Shown piece after piece: positions 38,429-51,399 of a stretch of 64,000 nt of DNA. This DNA comes from Basidiobolus meristosporus CBS 931.73 (lineage: Eukaryota > Fungi > Basidiobolomycota). Position 1 is the stretch's first letter, and each line of letters begins with the position of its first letter. The notes beneath the pieces are model-generated. The model saw nothing but the letters and a program-made list of their open reading frames with translations. It had not been told where the DNA came from and searched no databases. The position numbers were made by a program, and so were the translations under genes. Location of the stretch: the NCBI GenBank assembly GCA_002104905.1, contig MCFE01000182.1, positions 62,001-126,000 on the forward strand, given 5' to 3'.

Positions 38429-38526
38429 ATAGTATCTTCGTTGGTCTAACCAACTCGCGTACCTTTCCCCAAGTTTCTAGTGTAAATTATCGACTGAGAT
38501 TAGAGTATTATTTATTTCCCCCGTTC

Positions 38527-38560
38527 TCACCTCCACCACCACCACCACCACCACCACCCA
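38527..38560. repeat. (CAC)n microsatellite
   Basis: Run of CCA/CAC triplets between two convergent genes. Confidence 0.8.
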
Positions 38561-38926
38561 CACCCCCACTCGCGGGCCCCTACCTTCCCTAATTGTAACA
38601 TAACGTATCTACCCTCCTCCACATCCACCCTCACGAACGCCCCGAACCCATACAAAAGAAAGCAAATATAGAACAACTTCAATGGAAGTGGGATTTAATG
38701 GAGCCTAGGATATGATTAGCAAGATAGTAGCGGGCGATACGGCCGGCAGAGGACCTGAAGGGGCGGGGGCGGGGCAGGGCAGGGGAACAAAAACCATGTG
38801 TACAATGCAAAAAGTTAAGAAGTTGATGATACAATCCAACCGAGAAACAAAATAACATTCCAAATTGACGCAAATATATAAACAATACACCGGGTTGTGT
38901 CGTCGAGGGCTGGCTCATCCACTCAG

Positions 38927-40874
38927 TCAAACGCCATCCGGGTCCCCCAGGTCGCTTACATCCACCCCCACCGCAACGTTGTCCACGTGGTGGAGTTGCC
39001 CGTCGTGGCCCACCCCATCCACCGTTTGGTGAAGGATTTGGGTCTTGTACAGGCTTTCGTCTATGTCGTCGTGGTCGTCCACGCCCACACCTACGCCTAC
39101 TCCCACGTTCTGGCCCAACTGGAAATCTGACATGGCCTAGGAAATGGTCGATGTTAGTTAGGGACTTGGAGACGGGATTTCGGAATGGGACAAGACTCTT
39201 ACTACGGGGATGTCAACCGCGTCCAGGTGCGCAACAGTGAGGAAGAAGGTTTTCTCCAGCTTGTAAACTGTAGGGACGATGGTTAGTCAATCCTCAGGAA
39301 GGGACCGGGGGAGGCTGCACTTGCCTGTGTCACCATGGTAGTAATTGGCGATGGCGGTGATCTCGCAACTTTCCGCGTCGATCCCGGGCGTTCCGGTCAA
39401 GATGTTGTTCTCCCAGTAGAGCCAGTCAGGAAGCCAGGGGGAGTGGAACACCACTTTGGGCGCTGGAAGGAACCACTTCGTTAGTCATCTCAGTTCGGCC
39501 ACCCGTCTAGAAACCGACCACTTACATCTCATCTGCGGGTCCCACACCCTAGGACTCCACATATATTTGAGCCCGATGTAGGCAACCTTGGGCGGAATCC
39601 CGGCGATCTTCCGGGTGAACTCCCGGAAGATCCACCCACCAGTGGGGATCTTCTTGGCCTCGATATTCCACACGTGGTTCCCCTTGGATTTCGCCTTTTT
39701 CCCATCCTCGTTGAACCTGCTGATGTATCTATATAGCACCTTCGGTTACTACGCTAGGCCGCGTTGGAGACATGTGGTCGAGAAAAGGGTCACCTTTGAT
39801 TCCAGAGATAGATCTTCACCTTCCTCAACGGCAGGATGTCCTCGGTGAAGCCTTGACGCACCAGCTCCTCGTGAAAGGCGTTGGTGAATGCCTGGATACG
39901 GAACTTGAACGGTCGGAAATCCGGAGACTCGTCCAGCTTCTGCATCTTCTTGGCCATGAGGGTTTGGTGACTGGAAACGGGAAGGGTTAGTGCGCCGCCA
40001 GATGGGGTCGAGGAAGGGCTGACTTACATCTGCTCCCCTTTCGAATCCGCCGCGTTCACTAGAGAATCCGCCCAATGGTTAGGTTGTCTAGTCCACCGAT
40101 CCACCAGCACTTGAATGTAACTTACGATTGGAACAAACCCCTTGAAGGAAATTGAAGAATATCTCGTCTAGCCGCTGCACAAGCTCAGGCTCGAGTGGGG
40201 CGTGTGTATGGGTGCGAGGTTGTGGTGGAATGACTATCGGTCCGCCGGTCAATCCTTCGGGCTGGGGTTACGTTAGAAGCAAGTGGTGGCGGGAGAGGAG
40301 TGTCCGCCTCATACCTGGTAGATGGCAGTCTGTATTGTGGGGGAGTCGTCCGCAGTGGTCTTCAGGGCCTTCCTGGATTTCTCCGGTTTGTTGTATGTAC
40401 GCTGAGCAAGGGAGGTGAGTAAGGGCAGGAATGACGGGCGCGGGAGGGGGACGGGACGGGGAATACCTTGGGAGACTTCAGAAGAGCGTTGGGTGAGTGG
40501 ATGGCCGTGGCCATGGAAGCCGGTATCTGCTGGGGTAACGAGATTTCGTAGAGAAGGGAAATGGCATTCTGAAAGGGAAGCGGGTTAGCACCGTTCGGAG
40601 AGGGGGTGAGCTTCGGAGGACCCATACTAAGGAAGCGTATTTGGCTTTGAAATCCTTTAGCACCTCGATGGTCTTGGTGATTTCGTTCAGACGGTAGAAC
40701 GACTCGGCCTCGAAGCCGCGCTCGAAATGGTCCTTGGCCTCTTGTGCATTCAGTAGGATACTAGAAAGAGATAGCAAGTGGTTTGAGTTGGGACCGGTCA
40801 CGGGAAGGGAGCGAAAGAGAGAAGGTGGGCAGTGGCTGGGAAGAATACCTATCAAATAGCTGGGTAAGCTTCAT
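38927..40874 (-). CDS. Conserved fungal protein of unknown function, multi-exon, with a probable C-terminal Ig/cadherin-like module
   Basis: Spliced reading gives MKLTQLFDR...LDEIFFNFLQGVCSN-LNAADSKGEQIHQTLMAKKMQKLDESPDFRPFKFRIQAFTNAF...YISRFNEDGKKAKSKGNHVWNIEAKK...WSPRVWDPQ...PAWLYWENNILTGTPG. The family assignment is from memory of basidiomycete and mucoralean hypothetical proteins and was not checked. Confidence 0.75.
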
Positions 40875-41465
40875 ATCCGGAATATAATAGGAGTGGCGGA
40901 TAGTACAAAACGGAGGGGGATATTTAGCTTTGGGGTGTATTTGACAGGACTTTGGTTTATTGAGGCTTTGGATGGAAAAATAGGGTAAGTAGCAAGAACC
41001 TTCTAAATAAGAAAGGGTGAAGAAAAGAGGTTAGCAGACACCCCATACCCACGGACATCCAAAAAAATCTCCATGATTTTCCGGGGGTTTTTTCCGGATT
41101 GTGAACCACCCATGTCTCACGCGTGCAACACTCGAATAACGCGACGTTTTGGCTCTGGCTGATTCAGATCTCCCTGATCAATCAACCCCCACCCTCGAGA
41201 AACACACCTAATTATGCCATGACGTGATTGCGCAGATATGTTTGTTACTTGAGGCATGTGGGCAACGCTGGTCATGACATGCCTTATGCCTACAGTTCAA
41301 GGTGGGGATCAGGAAGAATGCTCGCCAAGAATGGGAAAATGAAAATACCAACAATGCGAATTTTGGTTATTAAACATTAAAGTATATTAGAGGTGCCATA
41401 CACAGATATACAACTAAAGTGGCAAACGCGGTTGATTCCGACAAAACAAGATACCCCCAACGGGT

Positions 41466-42195
41466 TTATTCCTTGCGCGCCTTCTTCTTCGAGGGCGACA
41501 GTTCCTCCAGCTGCGCGCGTAGCTGCTCGTTCTCAGCCTTGAGGATCTCCACTTGGTTGCTCAACTCGTTGATCGCCTGATCGGTCAGTAGCTTCTCCAG
41601 CGTCCACTTCTCGATGTTGGTGGATTCGTTGTCCTTCAGCTGCTGGATGTATTGCACGGCCCGACTTAGGATGCTCCCCTTATTCTTCTCGCACCCGGGG
41701 ACCAACTTGGCTATCTCGTTGATCCCTTCGTTGATGGTTTCTCTGCGCCTGCGTTCTACCTCTTTGTGACTTTCGCGACGAAGTCGATGCCATTCGTCAC
41801 TACCAACCGGTGGCTTTTGTTTCGGCAGTTCCCCGGAGCTAAAGGGATAGTGCAGTTAGCGATCTATGAACGTCCTTGGTTATCACCAGCCAACTGTCAT
41901 CCTACTTGGAATCCATCCTCTCTTTTGAGCCGGACTCGGTTGCTGTCAGCAGTGATTCATGAGCCAATGCCTGGTGTGAAACTGCTTGCTGAGAAAGCTC
42001 ATCAGCCCAATGCTGCTGTGTGATGAGTTGGTTCTGCAGGTGGTTGTGGGATGTCTGTGAAACCTCCTTAAGATGATGCTGGATGGACGGTGGAAAGCAC
42101 AGAGAAAAGGGTTAAAAGACAACGTTCTGGCAAGGCCGGAAAGGGAAAAGCTAAATGGGAAGTACCAATTCGAGAGTAGCACCGTTGCTTGACAT
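41466..42195 (-). CDS. CBF1: bHLH centromere-binding factor 1 homologue, multi-exon
   Basis: KPPVGSDEWHRLRRESHKEVERRRRETINEGINEIAKLVPGCEKNKGSILSRAVQYIQQLKDNE...NIEKWTLEKLLTDQAI is the Cbf1 signature. Confidence 0.92.
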
Positions 42196-42611
42196 GGGAA
42201 GGCGTGTATAAATTATTTACCAAATAAGAAACGCGTGTTGTTGTTGGTGGAATGGAAACGTGATATCTCTGGTCACAGGACTTGGGACAACGGGAGTAGA
42301 GCGAAGGTCAGGCTTACCTTATTTTGATCGATTTATTTCAATTTGACCCACTTTGTGACTACTGAGGTTTTCTTCATGCAAATCGCAGAGGGGTCGCAAT
42401 GGGCGGGCGGAGAAACAGGATGATTTGGAGCAATCGGACACCCCAATCATCTGGCAGCGTTGCCCAGTGAAACGCGCAACCCTAACCCCGGGACTGAAAC
42501 ACCGCGGTGGTTCCACCCAATCCATAAGATGCCAATTAATCAAACCGAAACCACGACACTGTCTGGCTCAGGAAAACCTGTCACTGACCTCAAACACTCA
42601 TCTATTAAAAG

Positions 42612-42661
42612 AGACCGAGTGGATCTTGCAACCAGGAGACTGAGTGGATCTTGCAACCAGG
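42612..42661. repeat. 25-bp tandem duplication just upstream of the ATG at 42684
   Basis: AGAC[C/T]GAGTGGATCTTGCAACCAGG occurs twice in tandem. Confidence 0.9.
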
Positions 42662-42683
42662 TGCGGACCAACTCCCTTGACGA

Positions 42684-43243
42684 ATGCTTTTACTGACGAG
42701 CTGGATCTGGCTGGTTGGGCTGATGTTGACTCACGCCCTGGTGGAGATTGTGATCACTCGACCCACAAATGAAACCCTGACCGCAAGCACGCTGAACCTC
42801 ATCACATGGTAGATCCTTTCGGTCAGTTGTCTCGAGAATCCGCATCGTAACCTTGCCTGTTCTGTAGGAGAGTGTCTGGGTCGACGACCAGTGATGAGGT
42901 CAGGAGTCTGGGAGAAACCCATTTTAACCTGGTTAGGAAGGACGAGGATGACAAGCCTCACAAAATCCTGAGCATCGGCGGGGTGACCGATCTCTACTCA
43001 AGGCAGTACAAATGGTTCGTTCCGCCCGACCTCGATCTCGACAGCAAGTATGCAATCCAGGGAGTCCTGGACGATCACGACGGGCACACCGAGGTGTTCT
43101 CCCCCTATTTCTCCATCCGTCCCCTGGGATCGAACGCAACCAGGCCTGCCACCACATCCGCCAACTCCATTAGCCATGCGACACTACTGTTGCCTGGGGC
43201 CGTAGTCAACGCAATGGCGGTTGCCTGTTGGCTGTTTGCGTAG
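42684..43243 (+). CDS. Small secreted, probably GPI-anchored protein (Kre9/Knh1 N-terminal-like), two exons
   Basis: Signal-like start MLLLTSWIWLVGLMLTHA, then ITRPTNETLTASTLNLITW; GT-AG intron ending at 42867; FSPYFSI; Ser/Thr-rich stalk and hydrophobic C-terminus LLLPGAVVNAMAVACWLFA. Confidence 0.7.
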
Positions 43244-43392
43244 ACGCACTTGAATACATACCAGCAATCCCATGGGCTTACTTGTTTATTTATGGCAACA
43301 ATAAATCCCTCGTCCGAATCGATGAATTAGTTTACAATGGGCGTACATGGCTATTTACACGTGGAGCTAGAGTACAATTAGGCTGGGTTGGT

Positions 43393-44418
43393 TTAGCGGC
43401 AGCTGATCTCTTGGGGGTGGTATGGCGGAGGGCAGAGCTCAGGGTCAGGAGTTGCGTACATTGGTGGCGAGCTTGAAAGCTCATGCTGTGCGTGGGATTG
43501 TACGACAAACGGGATGTCAATGTAGAAATACCAGCGTTTCTGGAAGGTGTCCATCAGCCTAACTTTGGCTACTATTGCATGTGAAATTGTGATGATGTCG
43601 GAGCTGCAGTCGCAATGGGTGCTCTTCGGCGTGGTTATGGTGGCTTGGAGCTCCATTTTTTCGCTATGCGACTTGAAGCCCAAGGCTTTCCGACTGATCT
43701 TCTCGCTGTCACAGATTGGCTGGTTGCGCGGGCCCACGTAATTGGCGAGCTCGACAACACTCAGGTTGATCTCGGTAATGCGAAACTCCTTGCTCTTGGA
43801 GAAAAATTTGAAGTTCACTGGGATGGTCTCGCCTGGAGTGTATCTCCCTTTTTCCAGCGACATGTTGTAAAACAAGGACTTGGCCCAAATGCCAAGGCTG
43901 TTAGTGACGCATCTTTCATCCGCCTTCGGGGAGAGTGCTCTCTGGATCCGAAGTGTGCGGCGACCTTTGATGTTCCAAAGTAGTGGTCTTTCAATCACCG
44001 CGGTCAGTTTGTAAGATACACGGCAATTCGGGACATCCGCGGAGTCCGGGAGGTCTCCTTTGAGCGCAAATTCGAACGGAAACTGATGAGTCTTTACATC
44101 AAGGAGGGGCTCGTTGTCGCTGGGCTTCCACAGAACCCAAGATTGGTTCACGGTGGTTATCTTCTCCCAGATTTCTGCGACATGCAAGTTAGCGAGTGCG
44201 GGACTTGAAATCGATTCCAAAATAGAGGATGCAGTACCTTTGATTTTATGATTCTCCACCTTTCCTTCCAGCTGCAGGGTTACGCACTTGGCATTCAAAG
44301 GCTTGGTAGGCGTAAACGTCACGAAGCCACTCACGATCTTCCCCACGGATTCATCAGGAGTCCCATGCAAGACCACCGGATCCTCGACCAAGTGGATGCA
44401 CACCGTGCTGTTGTACAT
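43393..44418 (-). CDS. Alpha-arrestin (arrestin N and C domains, PY motifs), intronless
   Basis: HQFPFEFALKGDLPDS, VSYKLTAVIERP, YNMSLEKGRYTPGETIPVNF and C-terminal SPPMY / PPPY motifs. Start placed approximately at MYNSTV; the track ORF extends to 44568. Confidence 0.88.
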   Translation of the reverse strand: MYNSTVCIHLVEDPVVLHGTPDESVGKIVSGFVTFTPTKPLNAKCVTLQLEGKVENHKIKGTASSILESISSPALANLHVAEIWEKITTVNQSWVLWKPSDNEPLLDVKTHQFPFEFALKGDLPDSADVPNCRVSYKLTAVIERPLLWNIKGRRTLRIQRALSPKADERCVTNSLGIWAKSLFYNMSLEKGRYTPGETIPVNFKFFSKSKEFRITEINLSVVELANYVGPRNQPICDSEKISRKALGFKSHSEKMELQATITTPKSTHCDCSSDIITISHAIVAKVRLMDTFQKRWYFYIDIPFVVQSHAQHELSSSPPMYATPDPELCPPPYHPQEISCR

Positions 44419-44838
44419 TATATAAGAGTAGGCGGGGCGGAAGTTGAGGGTCCGTTGCGCGCATTGGTGTTTATATAGCGGAGAGCAATGCCCCGAATAG
44501 CAAATCCCCATTGATGACCCAGCTTTTGGCTCATCGAATTCCACAGCAGGACAAATTAAGAGATTCATTCAGCTTGAAAAACTAGTATATTTTTGGACAC
44601 CAATCACTCCCTATTTTGGGCCGCAAGGTCCCATCCAATTCGTGGATTCTGACCATCGCATTTATCCTAGTTTAGCAGGAGGGAGTTGTCAGCAACAATG
44701 CTCTCCTTAGACCTTAGATGCTGGACTGGTATCTGTTGCCGTTCCCGTTCCGTTCCGTTTCCGTAGTTTGTAAATTATGTGCATCATTCGTATTTAGACT
44801 ATGGATGCCAATGTGGTTTATTTGGAAATATGCGGTAA

Positions 44839-46011
44839 TTAATGTTTCTTGGCGGCCAGCAAATAGTTGACTTCGGTGCTGAAGGGCGTCCCCTTACTTA
44901 GCAGCTCCCAGTTTCTCCTCAACGGGTTGAACCAGATCCCGGTGACATCAGCGACGGTACAGCCGGATTCCTGGACAGCTTGTTGCAGCTCGCTTGGTCG
45001 AATGTACTTCTTGATATCGTGGGTGCCGGGTGGTACAAACTTGAGCACTTGTTCAGCTGCAAAGATGGTTAATGCATAAGCCAAAGGGGTGCGGTTCATG
45101 GTCGATAGGACCAGCATGCCATTGGGCTAGAGGGGGGGGGGGTGTTAGTAAACGACAACCTCTTTGACTATCTTGTCTGCTGAGTACCTTCAACAAATCA
45201 ACACAGCTTTGAAGAAATTGCTTGGGGTCGTTCACGTGCTCAAGCACCTCCATGGAGCACACCACATCGAATTGCTCGCCATCCTCCACCATTTGTTCTG
45301 GATTACAACGTGTCAATGACTCGCCATATATGCACAAGAGCCGGGATGCTACATACCAACGGTGTATTCTCGGTATTGAATAGCCCCGGGTCCGCTGAGT
45401 AACGCCGGGTCCTTTTTCGCGTGAAGCTTGGCGATTTCGATGTTGGATTTCGCGGCATCCAGGCCTGTAACGTCACCACCAAGTCGTGCCAGGGACTAGA
45501 ATCAACAAGCTTTAGCAACCATGAAGCACCCTGACACATGCACTGGCCCCAGCGATCCTCAGCCCTACCTCAGTCAGTAAACCGCCTCCACAGCCTGCGT
45601 CCAGCATGCGAAGACCCTTGAAAGGGAAGGCAACATCTCTATTCTCATTAAGGATCCCGCTCTCGATACAATTTCGGATGTATTCGACTCGTGGTGGGTT
45701 CATAAGGTGTAACATTTGGCATTCCCCTACAGGATCCCACCAAGACTCGCTCATGGCGCTGAATTTGCGAATTTCATCCTCATTGACGGTGCTTCGTTGA
45801 ATGTCCTGGAACGCTTTAGGATTGGTTTCCGAGGAGAGGGGTGTGGTGGCAGTTGAGAAGCGTTTGGGAAGAATGCTACTGAAGTAACAAGAGAGCTCTA
45901 GTTAAGCCACACACTCCAAAGAAAACTGGCAGTTTACCTAGTTCTACACAGCGTGCTCGGCGAAAAGAGTCGAGCAGTAAGAGGTAGTCGTACACTGCAA
46001 AGCCGGTTCAT
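44839..46011 (-). CDS. COQ3: Ubiquinone biosynthesis O-methyltransferase (Coq3/UbiG), multi-exon, with a mitochondrial presequence
   Basis: SWWDPVGECQMLHLMNPPRVEYIR, LDAGCGGGLLTE, FDVVCSMEVLEHV, VPPGTHDIKKYIRPSEL and Arg-rich N-terminus MNRLCSVRLPLTARLFS. Confidence 0.93.
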
Positions 46012-46377
46012 ACTCGATTGTTGGTCACTCCGTGGTGGGTGAGAAAAGGGAGCAGACGAATATAGCCACCATTTCGCAGTCTAGTTCCAACATAGCATCA
46101 TCGCAATGACAAATTTTTTGTTCACCCACCTGGAGCAGTCTTAAGGTCCACGTAAATCTCGGTCGCCATTCTCAGTTGGATGGAGCACCATTGGTGTGAA
46201 TCCAAAATTAAAAATTCCTTCCGATTTGAAATCTGACCTGCTTCCATTAAATCCGGTTTTTTTGGCGAATGTCGAGGTTTTGCCTGTTGCCTTCCTCTAC
46301 GTGTATTCTGTTCAGAGTGCACCCAAAAGCATCTGAATTACCCAAGAGGATTGTTCCCAGTCTAGTCAATACTGAGT

Positions 46378-47140
46378 ATGAGCGCGTCAGCAAAGAAGTT
46401 GCGTAGGGGTCAGGTGGAGGAGGAAGATGCTTCCCAGTTAAAACTTGGCGAAGGTGCGTTCGTGAATACTCATAAATAGATCTTCGAGCGACAACAGATC
46501 CATCTGGCTCTTGACCTTTGCAAGGACCCGGCCAAATAGCCAGTTTACTGATCCCTCTCTTCAATAGAGTTTCAAAATGCACAATGTTTGTTTATCTCCG
46601 AGGTTAAGATTCTATTAGAGGCTCAAAGAGATGCCAAGGTCGATGAAGTTGGGGAAAAATCGCTGACTAGGTTGGTTGCTCAGAACACAGCGCTTTCGGT
46701 GGCGTTTTCTTTTGAATCCAGCACTCAACCAGCCAAACCTCTTGTTTGCTATTTCAGTGTTTTTCAAAAAACCATGAACTACGTCCAGCAGTTTAGCAGA
46801 TTCACCAATCGGGATACAGTGCGTGAAGTTCGACAGTAAGCGGCACTCTTCGGCTTTGCAAGTTGCTGTCGATCTCCTTGGCTAATAGAGTTTCGTCTCC
46901 AGGTTACTTTCCAAGCAACAACTCGAGCAATTTGAAATGGCTCAAATCGCCAATCTTGTTTGCGAAGATTCTGACGAAGCCAAGGCTTTGGTCCCAAGGT
47001 AAACACCAAGCTCAATCCATGGGGTCAAAGCGAACCTAGGCTAACTTCAGTTCCATCGCAGCTTAACCGCACGAAAAGACGATGACGGCCTTCAGGCACT
47101 TCTGAACGAGATGTTGACATTGAAAAAGTTCCAAAGCTAA
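46378..47140 (+). CDS. RPB4: RNA polymerase II subunit RPB4, multi-exon
   Basis: EEEDASQLKLGEEFQNAQCLFISEVKILLE, VFQKTMNYVQQFSRF, FQIAQL...CEDSDEAKALVP and LQALLNEMLTLKKFQS*. Confidence 0.92.
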
Positions 47141-47411
47141 ACCAGGGCTGGTGGAAATCACAAATACACATCGAGTTCGCTTTCTCTTGCCAGGATTCAC
47201 AGCAGTTGGAAGAAAATATCCCCGACATTTTTATTGTATAGCTTTTTTAACCGTAACTCTTACTTCTGTCACTTGTCCTAGTTCTTAGCTATGTTTAGTT
47301 CAATCTTTCATTTACTCGATAAATATTCCCTTCCAGGAACACCAGTTCACTTCTTATGCACATGCACATCTGGCTAGTACCGTTGCTTTATTGTCTCTTT
47401 ATCTCGATGGG

Positions 47412-48140
47412 CTAAGCACTGAAAGGGTTAAAGATATGAATGGTTCTGTTAACATCCAGGAGATCGATAGCCTTCTTCCCATCTTTTCTACGCAATTGAA
47501 GTGTGTAAGCTGTAGCCAAGGCAGCAACCATCCCTTTGAGCAGGTCTTTCCAGGTTTCTCCACGATCCAACAGGCAGTTGAGGAATGGAAGGAGGGCGGC
47601 CTTGATGGGTATGAACACCATCACCTTGAATACGCGCTTAGGGGCGATCATGCCCATGAGGAAGCTGTGCGCATACGCCAGCTTGGTGGCCATGGGAGTG
47701 AACCCTTGGCCGTAGGTACCACGCTTTGTAAATTTGTATTCCAGAAGCTCGATTCCAATCAATGTGAGAGCTGAGATAAGGTTGGCATGGATAAGCTTGT
47801 TGGTCAATAGGGCTCGCTTGGCACGTAGGAGTAGTGACTTGGGGGAGTTGGGGTGAGTTATCTCTTCGAGGGTGCCGGGGAGATTAGGCTGGTTAAGTGT
47901 ACTTTTCATCTCTAAATCAAGGGCACTCTCGAAAGTCAAAAGCTGATAACTAGCTACCAGAGAAGATACCGGGGTTTGACCCAGCAGCAGAAAGCCGCTT
48001 AAGCTTCTCCACCATTCCCAGGCGGGCTTGCCAATCAAATAGGGATGGAAAGCCAGCAGACGGAAAATGGCGGGTTCTCTCTGCGCATAGAGAGAAATTC
48101 CTAACGCAGTAGAAGCGTGAAGTATCGGAAAAGTGGTCAT
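47412..48140 (-). CDS. Multi-pass membrane protein, possibly Derlin/Der1-like
   Basis: Hydrophobic ORF starting MTTFPILHAST; LLAFHPYLIGKPAWEWWRSLSGFLLLG resembles the Derlin WR motif region. The family call is tentative. Confidence 0.5.
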   Translation of the reverse strand: MTTFPILHASTALGISLYAQREPAIFRLLAFHPYLIGKPAWEWWRSLSGFLLLGQTPVSSLVASYQLLTFESALDLEMKSTLNQPNLPGTLEEITHPNSPKSLLLRAKRALLTNKLIHANLISALTLIGIELLEYKFTKRGTYGQGFTPMATKLAYAHSFLMGMIAPKRVFKVMVFIPIKAALLPFLNCLLDRGETWKDLLKGMVAALATAYTLQLRRKDGKKAIDLLDVNRTIHIFNPFSA

Positions 48141-48583
48141 TTCCGCTCGTGACACACCTCCGCCTTTAAGACGTAGAACTGGTGAAGTCTCTTCTTGGTG
48201 GGGGAGTGCCAAAGCCAAGCCTAAGCTTGCGTTTTTGTGACACAAGAGGTGACGGGACCTGATAAGTTCAAGGGCTAGAGGAAAGGAAGGAGTGATTAAA
48301 AATCATGGCACGTTACGTAGCAAAGATGGAATACCTTGGTTATGGTGCATGCTGTTGGAACGGCCAAGTGATTAGAGGTCAACAAGAATTTATGCTTCTC
48401 CAGACCAATGTGACGTGTATGAAGGTTCAATATCCACCAGATGATTCACTTTGATTAATCCAATTGATTCCCACACAATTTAGCCCTCTAGCCCCTAAAC
48501 CTATAGTTATTCCAAAATTGATCACTGTTTTCATAGAAATTCCGGTAGCAATCAATCGCGAACGCTTCCAGGCTTGAGCAAAC

Positions 48584-50987
48584 ATGAAACTTCTGACGCC
48601 TAGGTTGGTCCTAGTGGCAGTAGCGCTTCTCCAGAGTGTAAGCGCGAGCTCCCAGACTTGGGATTCCTTCACGGAGAAGCTTCTCCTTAAGCCACTGCAA
48701 GATGGAAAGCTATTATCAAACTTCCAATTCACCACGAAATTAGGCCTTGATTCGTTGGAAAATAACCAAAGTACGTGAGCCAAAGGCCGCACTACCCTAT
48801 TTCCTTGGAATCTTCACTTACACATGCCTTCGATGGTTTTATAGTATACCATTATAATTTGTTTCCTCGCTCAATCGGGCAAATCATCCAACGCTTTGAT
48901 GTCAGCGAAGTCCATCTCACGTTCACCCAAGGCGAATGGGATACAGAGAACTGGGGCTATCCAGTTGCCTCTTCCTCCGGCACCGGAGTAGAGCTTTGGG
49001 GGTGGTTCCGAAACTCTAGCAAGTACGTTGGCTCATTTACCTAGCCTGCGATCTAGAAGATTGTTACTTAACATTCTTGGCATACTCGCCAACAGCGTGG
49101 AAGAGAATTGGAAAGGACTGACCAATTCTTTGGCTGGGCTTTATTGTGCTTCGTTGAATTTTATTGATGATACCATCACCGTGGAGCCTAAATTGTCCTT
49201 CCGCCCAGAGGGTTTCGGTGGAGAAGGTAAATCGCACACCATTTCGGACAAAGAATCAACTGAATAACATCCGTCCGCAGTACGTAACGACCAGACACTT
49301 CGTTACGGAATCCTGCCGCATGAAAATGTTTGTACCGAGAATTTGACACCATGGATCAAGCTACTTCCTTGCCAGATGAAGGTAGGAAAAGGGATTTTCT
49401 AGTGGTCATCACACCGCCATCTCATGAAGCCTGTTCTAGTCTGGTCTGTCGTCCTTACTTAACGCTCACAAGATATACGACACTGACTTCCATTCTATGA
49501 GGATGCAAGTCAAGCCGGTATGCGAGGTAAGTGTCTGGTATTATTAGCACAAGTGCTTCTAGAGTTGGCTAACCAAGATATCACAGAATGATCTGTGCAA
49601 CAAAGGCTACCTCGAACTTGTGCAGACCATCACTGTGGTTTCCAATCCCACCAGAACCACAGGAAGACGCGGTCAGTCCGATTGTGTAGGAAATACCACA
49701 AAGCATATACTCATCGGTCCTTCTCTTATAGACTGGTCCTTGCAGTCATTGTTTGGCCGTTCACTGGTATCGTCTTGTGCCGTCGCCTCGGAGAGCGAAA
49801 TTCGAGTGATTTTGCCCGAGGAGGAGACGTTCAATATACAGCCCACTCCTTCTCGGAAATCTCGGGAGCAAATCACGAAGTCTCTTGGAAGGGATTTGGC
49901 TATTTACGACTTGAAGAGAGGTAAGGACAGTGACTGCGGGCCAAGTGCCAAGCGCCAAGCAGGGACTAACTATCACCGAATCTAGACTTCGCTAGCGGAC
50001 TGGACGTCTCGATGACATGGAATGAGCCGCACTTCCAATACCGTAAGCGCAGCAATATCAGCACCGCCTCATTGATAACTGCTAACCCCTACTAGCTCTT
50101 GACGCGCCCAAACCACGGCTATATGCTCACCGATACTTTACTGGTAGGTGCAACACACCTCTCCACTTTCCAGCGGCTTACTAAGTGAGATTGTACAGGC
50201 TATGGCCAGGAGAAGGGGGGGATAGCAGTGACGATCACAAACAACGAGATTGAGCCAATCACGGTGACCTATTTTGATAGTTTGCCATGGTATCTGAAGC
50301 TGTACCTCCATACGCTGAAAGTCTCGGTCAATGGGCAGGATAGGAGGGATGACCCGGCCATCATCAAGCAGATGTATTACCAGCCAGCGATAGACAGATC
50401 CCGCCCAACGGTGTTGGAGATGAACATCACTCTTCTACCATTGACAGTCACCACATTGTCGATGGACTTTGACCGGGTGTTTTTGAAGTACACAGAGCAT
50501 CCACCGGACGCCAACAGAGGATTCAATATCGGGTAACAACGAGTCAATCACCCCAAGTGCGATCCCATTTAACCCTAGCCTTATCTCAACCATAGCCCCG
50601 CCATTCTGTCCGCTGAGATTGAGTACGGGAAAGATTTCCTAGCTCCAGAAGGCACCGAGTATCTGTCGTCCGGGATCGATTGGTATTACTGTTCAGAAAT
50701 TGCCATGTCCTCGCCCACTTACTGAACCAATTCGTAGGTCCAAGGAGAGGTTCCAAGTAAGGCTGTACACCGAAACCCTGCTCGTTAGTCTGCCCACGCC
50801 CGATTTCAGTATGCCTTACAACGTCATCACCCTTACATGCACGGTTATTGCTTTGTTCTTTGGATCCATGTTCAATCGCGTGACCCGGAAATTCAACGTG
50901 CTAAATGTGGCCGAGCCAAAGGGTGCCAGCAAGCCCGAAGAGCAACAGAAGGCTGGTGTCGCTGTAGAGCAGGCGGCGTCCGAGTGA
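48584..50987 (+). CDS. GPI16: GPI transamidase subunit Gpi16/PIG-T, multi-exon
   Basis: Signal peptide, [81 protein letters not shown] and [26 protein letters not shown]. Confidence 0.96.
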
Positions 50988-51399
50988 TCTGTTTCTCACG
51001 GAATCACCCAATAAACATCACCTTATCTGTATCCAATGGAAACCATGAATCTCAGTAATATTCGGTCTTTGGAGCATATCTCATACAGCATTGTGTGGGC
51101 CCTTTTCCACACCCCCCCACAGGCAGATTAATTTGGCACCTGCAATGAAATGCTACTAATTAAATCTTGACCCCAATTCCAGCACCAAGTCCTCAACGTA
51201 TTGATGAGCAAACTCACTCCTATACTTCCCCCCGTAGCCTTAAAACCAACTCATGCAACCATTCCCGATCCCCTTCCTAGCTAGCATGATTGAATAGGGG
51301 CTATGCAGTGGATATCCAACGTTAAATACTCCAAGGATGCTGAGAACTCTAGCCAGCTACCACCTGTCTCCTCCAGTTTTCCATTAGATTCCCCCAAAG

